Part shown: one piece after another, positions 58,306 to 64,000 of the stretch
Numbering within the stretch: the stretch's first letter is position 1
Layout of the letters: each line of letters opens with the position of its first letter
Assembly (NCBI GenBank): GCA_965247095.1
Contig: OZ251997.1
Location: 2,624,001-2,688,000 of the forward strand
Origin: Candidatus Multivorans sp.
GTDB taxonomy: Bacteria > Acidobacteriota > Thermoanaerobaculia > Multivoradales > Multivoraceae
Length of the DNA: 64,000 nt
Reading direction: 5' to 3'
Notes under the pieces: generated by a model
Told to the model about the DNA's origin: nothing
The model's database searches: none
Seen by the model: only the letters and a program-made list of their open reading frames with translations
Position numbers and translations under genes: made by a program

Positions 58306-59247
58306 CACCAGGGCTCTCCTGGCATCTTCCCAGATCCCCACGAGAGCCTGATCGAAACCGCGCCGCGGTTTCCAGCCCAGGGCACGGAGACGGCGCCCGT
58401 CACCGCAGAGGACCGGAACGTCCGCGGGCCTCAGGCGGTCGGGATCCTCGCGGATTTCGGTCTCGACGCCACTGATCTCGATCAGTCGCCGGAGCGCCGC
58501 GGCCAGTTCGATCGCTTCGCCGCTAGCGATGTTGTACGCGCAGCCCGGTTCGCCGCGCTCAACGAGCATGGCGTAAGCGTCCGCCCCGTCGTCGATGTGG
58601 ATGAAATCGCGGCGTGAAGTCAGGTTGCCGACGCGAAGCACGGGTTCCTTCCGGCCGGCCTCGATCTCCGCAAGTTGCGCGGCGAAGGAGGGCAATGCGA
58701 ACTGCACGCTCTGGCCGGGGCCGATCAGGTTGAAGGAGCGCACCGCGATGGCGCCGTGGCCGAGAGTCAGCCGCTCGACGGCAGCCTTGGTCACCGCATA
58801 CGGGGACCGGGGGCGGAGGGGCCGCTCCTCTCCGACAGGAAGTTCGCTCTCGGGGACCCGCCCGTAGACCTCGGCGCTCGAGGCGACGACCAGGCGGCAC
58901 GAGCCGGAGAGTGCCCGCGCCGCGGCGGCCACGAACTCGGAACCCTCGACGTTGACCCGGTAGTAGTCGTCGATCCGCCGCCAGGAGGCGCCGACGTCCG
59001 AAAGCCCGGCGAGGTGCACCACCGCGTCCGGCGCGTGTTCCCCAAGGACCCGTTCCACCGCGCCGCGGTCGCAGATGTCGAGTTCCACCCAGTCGCACCT
59101 GTGATGCGGCGGGTTAGCGGCCGGGGAGTCGGCCGGGGCGGTGTCCGGGGCATGGCAGGCGATGACGGTGGCGCCGCGTTCGAGCAACCGGGGCACGAGG
59201 CGCCCGCCGACGAAGCCCTCCGCGCCGGTGACGAGAACGCGGGTCAT
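58270..59247 (-). CDS. NAD-dependent sugar epimerase/reductase (GDP-6-deoxy-hexulose reductase Rmd-like)
   Basis: VTGAEGFVG, HLAG, SSAEVYG, SPYAVTK, GNL..RRDF, DRLRPADVP. Confidence 0.8.
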   Translation of the reverse strand: MTRVLVTGAEGFVGGRLVPRLLERGATVIACHAPDTAPADSPAANPPHHRCDWVELDICDRGAVERVLGEHAPDAVVHLAGLSDVGASWRRIDDYYRVNVEGSEFVAAAARALSGSCRLVVASSAEVYGRVPESELPVGEERPLRPRSPYAVTKAAVERLTLGHGAIAVRSFNLIGPGQSVQFALPSFAAQLAEIEAGRKEPVLRVGNLTSRRDFIHIDDGADAYAMLVERGEPGCAYNIASGEAIELAAALRRLIEISGVETEIREDPDRLRPADVPVLCGDGRRLRALGWKPRRGFDQALVGIWEDARRALVLAGSVAPLQGE

Positions 59248-60122
59248 GACTCGGCCTTGCCTTGCCGCAGGCGTTGGAAGTAGTCGTCGAGACCGGGCCG
59301 CCAGCCCTCGACTTCACGGTTCGTCAGGGCCTCGAAACCTGCCGTATCAAGCACGGAGTAGGCGGGCCGCGCGGCCGGCCGGGTCAGCTCGGAGGACTCG
59401 ATCGGCGCAATAGGCACGTTCAGTCCCAGGGCATCGGCGATGGCGAGGGCGAAACCGTGCCAGGACGTCTCCGGCGTATTGCAGTAGTGGACGATACCGG
59501 AGGCGCCGGCGGAGGCGAGATCGACCAGCGCCCGCGCCAGGTAGGGGGCGTAGGTGGGGCAACCGACCTGATCGGACACCACCCGCAGGGGCTCGCCCTG
59601 GCCGATGCGCGAAGCGATCGCCGAAACGAAGTTCCGACCCTCGGGGCCGAACACCCAGCTCGTGCGGACGACGAGACCGCCGGCGTCGAGAACGCCCCGC
59701 TCGCCGGGGAGCTTCGAACGGCCGTAGGCGGTCTGCGGCGCGGTGGCGTCACCTTCGCGGTAGGGCCGCCGGCCGCGGCCGTCGAACACGTAGTCGGTGG
59801 AAACGTGGATCAGGCGGCAGCCGGACGGCAGGGCCGCCGCCAGCCGCTGAGGCGCTCTGCCGTTGACCTCCATGGCCAGATCCAGGTTGCTCTCGCAGCC
59901 GTCGACATCGGTGTACGCCGCGCAGTTGTAGACGGCGCGGGCGCCGAACCGCGCGGCGAGCGCGGCGGTCCCGTCGGTATCGCAGAGGTCCGCGCGGCCA
60001 CGGTCGGCGGCGAGCACTTCCGCGCCATGCCGCCGGAGTTCGTCGGCCACCTCGCGTCCAAGCTGGCCCGCTGCCCCCAGCACGACCGCCCTGGGTGCGT
60101 CGCCACCGGTGCCTTCGATCAC
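59244..60122 (-). CDS. rfbD: dTDP-4-dehydrorhamnose reductase
   Basis: GAAGQLG, NCAAYTDVD, HVSTDYVFDG, YGRSK, DQVGCPT, RPAYSVL. Confidence 0.93.
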   Translation of the reverse strand: MIEGTGGDAPRAVVLGAAGQLGREVADELRRHGAEVLAADRGRADLCDTDGTAALAARFGARAVYNCAAYTDVDGCESNLDLAMEVNGRAPQRLAAALPSGCRLIHVSTDYVFDGRGRRPYREGDATAPQTAYGRSKLPGERGVLDAGGLVVRTSWVFGPEGRNFVSAIASRIGQGEPLRVVSDQVGCPTYAPYLARALVDLASAGASGIVHYCNTPETSWHGFALAIADALGLNVPIAPIESSELTRPAARPAYSVLDTAGFEALTNREVEGWRPGLDDYFQRLRQGKAES

Positions 60123-62527
60123 AGGGTTTCGCTCTGGCCGCCAGTGATGTCGAAGAAGGCGCCGACGCTCTTGAGCGTGACCAGCAGCCGGTACTGGGTG
60201 TCCTGGCGCAGGGTGGTGCGGAAGTTGGCGACCTCCAGGCGGAGACCGAAGCAGCAGGCCTGGTAGTCGATTACGTGGCGCTGAATCTGCAGGGCTCTCT
60301 GCTCGATGTCGTAGCTCACCATGCTGTTCAGGCGCAGCTTGCTCGGGATCAGTTCCAGGCCGGCCGAGACCTGTACGTGGTGGCGGCGCGTCCTGTCCAG
60401 TTCGGGATTGCGGCGCACCGCCCAGCGAAGACCGAGCGAACTCGTGTCGCCGACACCCAGAGTTGCCGAGATCCCGGTTGAGGAGAACTGGGAGAACAGG
60501 GTGTCGTAGAGCGCGTCGAAGCGGATGCCTGTGCGCCGGGACGGATTGAACCGCAGCAGGGCGCCGACGGGACCGTTCTGGCTGGTGAGGGAGCGGTCCC
60601 GCGAGCGCAGCAGCGGTTTCTCGCTGTCGAGCGACAGGTCCCGAAAGAACTCGACCGAGAGGATCTCGAAGGCGCCGCCCTGTTCGGGATCGGCAGGCTT
60701 GGCGAGCAGACGGTTGAACAGGCTGAAGCGGGCGACGTTGCGTCCGCGCAGGTTGTCGACCTCGTCGAACAGTGGGATGCGGAAGCGGTCGTCGAAGTCT
60801 TCGAAGTAGGCATAGACGACGCGGGGCTCGATCAAGTGCTTCATCCGCGAGAAGCGCCCACCCTCCCCAAGTTCGAAGATGCGCGAGAACCCGGGGCCGA
60901 CAAGCTCGGCGCGAGCGGTGGGAACGAGCCGCATCAGGTCCTCGCCCCGGAAGTCCGAGTCGCTCATTGCGGCCCGCCGTTCCTGGGCGCTCATCAGGCT
61001 GTCGCCGTACCAGGTCAGATGACCGCCGGCGGTGAGCGACAGGGACAGCCAGGTCGCCATCCGTATGGGAACGCTGATCTCCGGCGCCAGATTGGCGCGC
61101 GCGTAGCGGCCGACCCGCCGGGCTGAGCGGTTGGTGTCGAGATAGTGCAGCGAGCTCTTCAACTGCACGTAGACCGGCGAGTCTCCCAGCCGCGTGGAAC
61201 GCAGCTTGTACTCGATCTCGGGCAGTTGGCGCAGTTGGACGGTGCGGTCAGCCGAGATGAACGTCTTGCGTTGGTCGAGCTGGACGTTGATGGACTGGCT
61301 GCCCCAGTTCCGGGTCATGAAGGCGGTCGAGTAGAGCTGGCGCCGGCTGTTGCGATCGACCCGGCGTTCGAAGTCGCGGAAGAAGTCGAAGTCGGACACG
61401 TCCTCGAAGCGGACCACGCCGCGGAATCCGCCGGGCAGTTGCTGCGACTGGTGGTTCCAGCGCATCCGCCAGCGCTTCTCGCCCCGCTCCGTGTCGTCGA
61501 TCACGTAGCCGTCGAAGATGCCCTCGGTCCCCTCGCTGGGCCGGTAGCGAAACTCGGTTCCCGCGCCCCAGAAGGGCCTCTCCGAGAAGGCACTCTCGGC
61601 GCCGGCCGGGGCGCCGCCGTAGAGGTCGACGTTGAGGGTGGCGTCGTAGCTCCTGTTGATCGCCCAGAAGTAGGCGATGCCGAGAGAGGGACCGCGGCGG
61701 GTGGAGAAGCCGGGCTTCGGCATCAGGAAGCCGCTGACCCGGGAAGTCTTCACCGGCCACAGCATGTAGGGCAGGTACACGAGCGGCACGTTCTTGGCGC
61801 GGAACGACACGCCGCGGGTCTTGGCGTAGCCGCTCGCATTTACGTGGACCTTCTTGGCGCGGAAGCTCCAGTCCGGCGTCTCGCCGTCCTCGACCTCGCA
61901 GGCGGTGAACTGGGCGTCGAGGATCGTGAAGCGCTCCTCGCTGAGCTTGTGCACCGCGGCGCCGGTGAAGAAGTAGTCGGTGCCGAGGTTGCCCTCGACA
62001 TCGAAGATCGAAGCCGTTTCGGTCGCCAGATCGAGTTCGAGGCGTGACCCCCGCAGGACTTCGTTGCCGCGGATGAGAACGATCGACCCCTCGGCCCGGA
62101 TCTGTTCGGTTTCCTGGTCGTAGAACAGCTCGTCGCCCCAGGCCCGGTAGTCGCGAACGCGGACCGAGAACCCGCCCGACAGCGCATGTTCTCCCGGCTC
62201 TCCGATCGGGCCCTGCATGGCGCCGGCCCAGCCGGCGAGTTGGCCGCCCCCGGACTCGTCGTCGATGCTGAAGGTGAACTCCGAAGAGTCGGCGGGCTTG
62301 GGTGGACCGGGGTCGGGTGGCTCTTCGGCGGCGGCCGGTTCGGCGTCGCCCGACTCGTCGGTGGTCGGCTCGGACGACTCCTCGTCGGCCGGTTGGACCT
62401 CGTCTTGTTGCTCCTCCTCCACGGCCGGCGCAGGTTCTTGAACCGGCGCCTGCGCCGCGGCGCCGGTGGCCAGCGCCAGGCTAAACGCCAGCGCGAGGGT
62501 CAGACGCGAGATGTCAGCGGTACGCAT
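60119..62527 (-). CDS. lptD: LPS-assembly outer-membrane protein LptD
   Basis: Signal peptide, OstA-like N-domain, FTAC...PDWSF, RVSGFLMP, YFWAINRSYDAT, KHLIEP, YQACC. Confidence 0.9.
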   Translation of the reverse strand: MRTADISRLTLALAFSLALATGAAAQAPVQEPAPAVEEEQQDEVQPADEESSEPTTDESGDAEPAAAEEPPDPGPPKPADSSEFTFSIDDESGGGQLAGWAGAMQGPIGEPGEHALSGGFSVRVRDYRAWGDELFYDQETEQIRAEGSIVLIRGNEVLRGSRLELDLATETASIFDVEGNLGTDYFFTGAAVHKLSEERFTILDAQFTACEVEDGETPDWSFRAKKVHVNASGYAKTRGVSFRAKNVPLVYLPYMLWPVKTSRVSGFLMPKPGFSTRRGPSLGIAYFWAINRSYDATLNVDLYGGAPAGAESAFSERPFWGAGTEFRYRPSEGTEGIFDGYVIDDTERGEKRWRMRWNHQSQQLPGGFRGVVRFEDVSDFDFFRDFERRVDRNSRRQLYSTAFMTRNWGSQSINVQLDQRKTFISADRTVQLRQLPEIEYKLRSTRLGDSPVYVQLKSSLHYLDTNRSARRVGRYARANLAPEISVPIRMATWLSLSLTAGGHLTWYGDSLMSAQERRAAMSDSDFRGEDLMRLVPTARAELVGPGFSRIFELGEGGRFSRMKHLIEPRVVYAYFEDFDDRFRIPLFDEVDNLRGRNVARFSLFNRLLAKPADPEQGGAFEILSVEFFRDLSLDSEKPLLRSRDRSLTSQNGPVGALLRFNPSRRTGIRFDALYDTLFSQFSSTGISATLGVGDTSSLGLRWAVRRNPELDRTRRHHVQVSAGLELIPSKLRLNSMVSYDIEQRALQIQRHVIDYQACCFGLRLEVANFRTTLRQDTQYRLLVTLKSVGAFFDITGGQSETL

Positions 62528-62672
62528 TCCGACGTTGGCCTAGCTTCGGGATCGGGATGACAGGCGGCAAGTCTCGCGGCGGCACCGGCCCACGGGCATC
62601 TGGGCATTGCCCATCGTACCGCGCCCGACCCGGTTGACAGGCCGTGGCGGCCCGCTTCAGAGTGACGTTGCT

Positions 62673-63082
62673 GTGCGCTTCCTTGGCATCGACATCGGCG
62701 AGAAGCGTGTCGGTGTGGCGGAAGGGGATTCCCAGGTGGGGGTCGCGGTGCCGCACTCGACGCTGCGACGCACCAGCGACCGGCAGTTGATCGCGGAACT
62801 TAAGGCGTTGGCCGTCGATCTGGGCACGGACATGCTGGTGGTGGGCGAACCCCGGCGCCTGGACGGTTCCGTCGGCCCGGCGGCGGAGCGGGCGCGCGCG
62901 TTCGCCCGCAAGCTGGGCCGGGCCTGCGAACTGCCGGTGCAGACGGTGAACGAGTCGCTGACTTCGGTCGAGGCGGAGCGCCGGCTGCGAGCGGCCGGAG
63001 TCGACCCACGCAAGCATCCGGAACGGGTCGATGCCACGGCCGCCCAGATCCTCCTGCAGGAGGCGCTGGACGGGGAGGCCGG

Positions 63083-63086
<4 letters not shown>
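62673..63086 (+). CDS. ruvX: Holliday junction resolvase-like / pre-16S rRNA nuclease YqgF
   Basis: FLGIDIGEKRVGVA, VVGEP, NESLTSVEA, VDATAAQILLQ. Confidence 0.92.

Positions 63087-64000
<914 letters not shown>

Overview
High-GC diderm bacterial chromosome segment (LptD, SurA-like PPIase, meso-DAP-type MurE). Gene order and content are consistent with Acidobacteriota, which is inference only. 1-23.8 kb is accessory and decaying. It holds a pentaheme cytochrome c/PA14 plus beta-propeller operon and a ~7 kb tract of internally deleted, fused gene fragments punctuated by REP-like palindromes. It also holds three toxin-antitoxin loci, an ABC transporter with an MFS transporter, IS630, IS21 and an rve-type IS, and tRNA-fMet followed by a tandem array of tRNA-like units, one of them interrupted by IS21. 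23.9-46.3 kb is core: ftsB-mfd-PPIases and the dcw cluster from mraZ to ftsZ, without murB or ddl. Next come a two-gene lower-GC module, an IS3-like element, argS, a PIG-L/glycosyltransferase cluster, a PEGA protein, ogt, an rmd-like gene, rmlD, lptD, ruvX and a partial mltG. The most unusual signals are the tRNA-mimic array, the deletion-fusion tract with its REP elements, the multiheme/PA14 operon and the two-gene module behind ftsZ. All calls come from reading the sequence; no searches were run.
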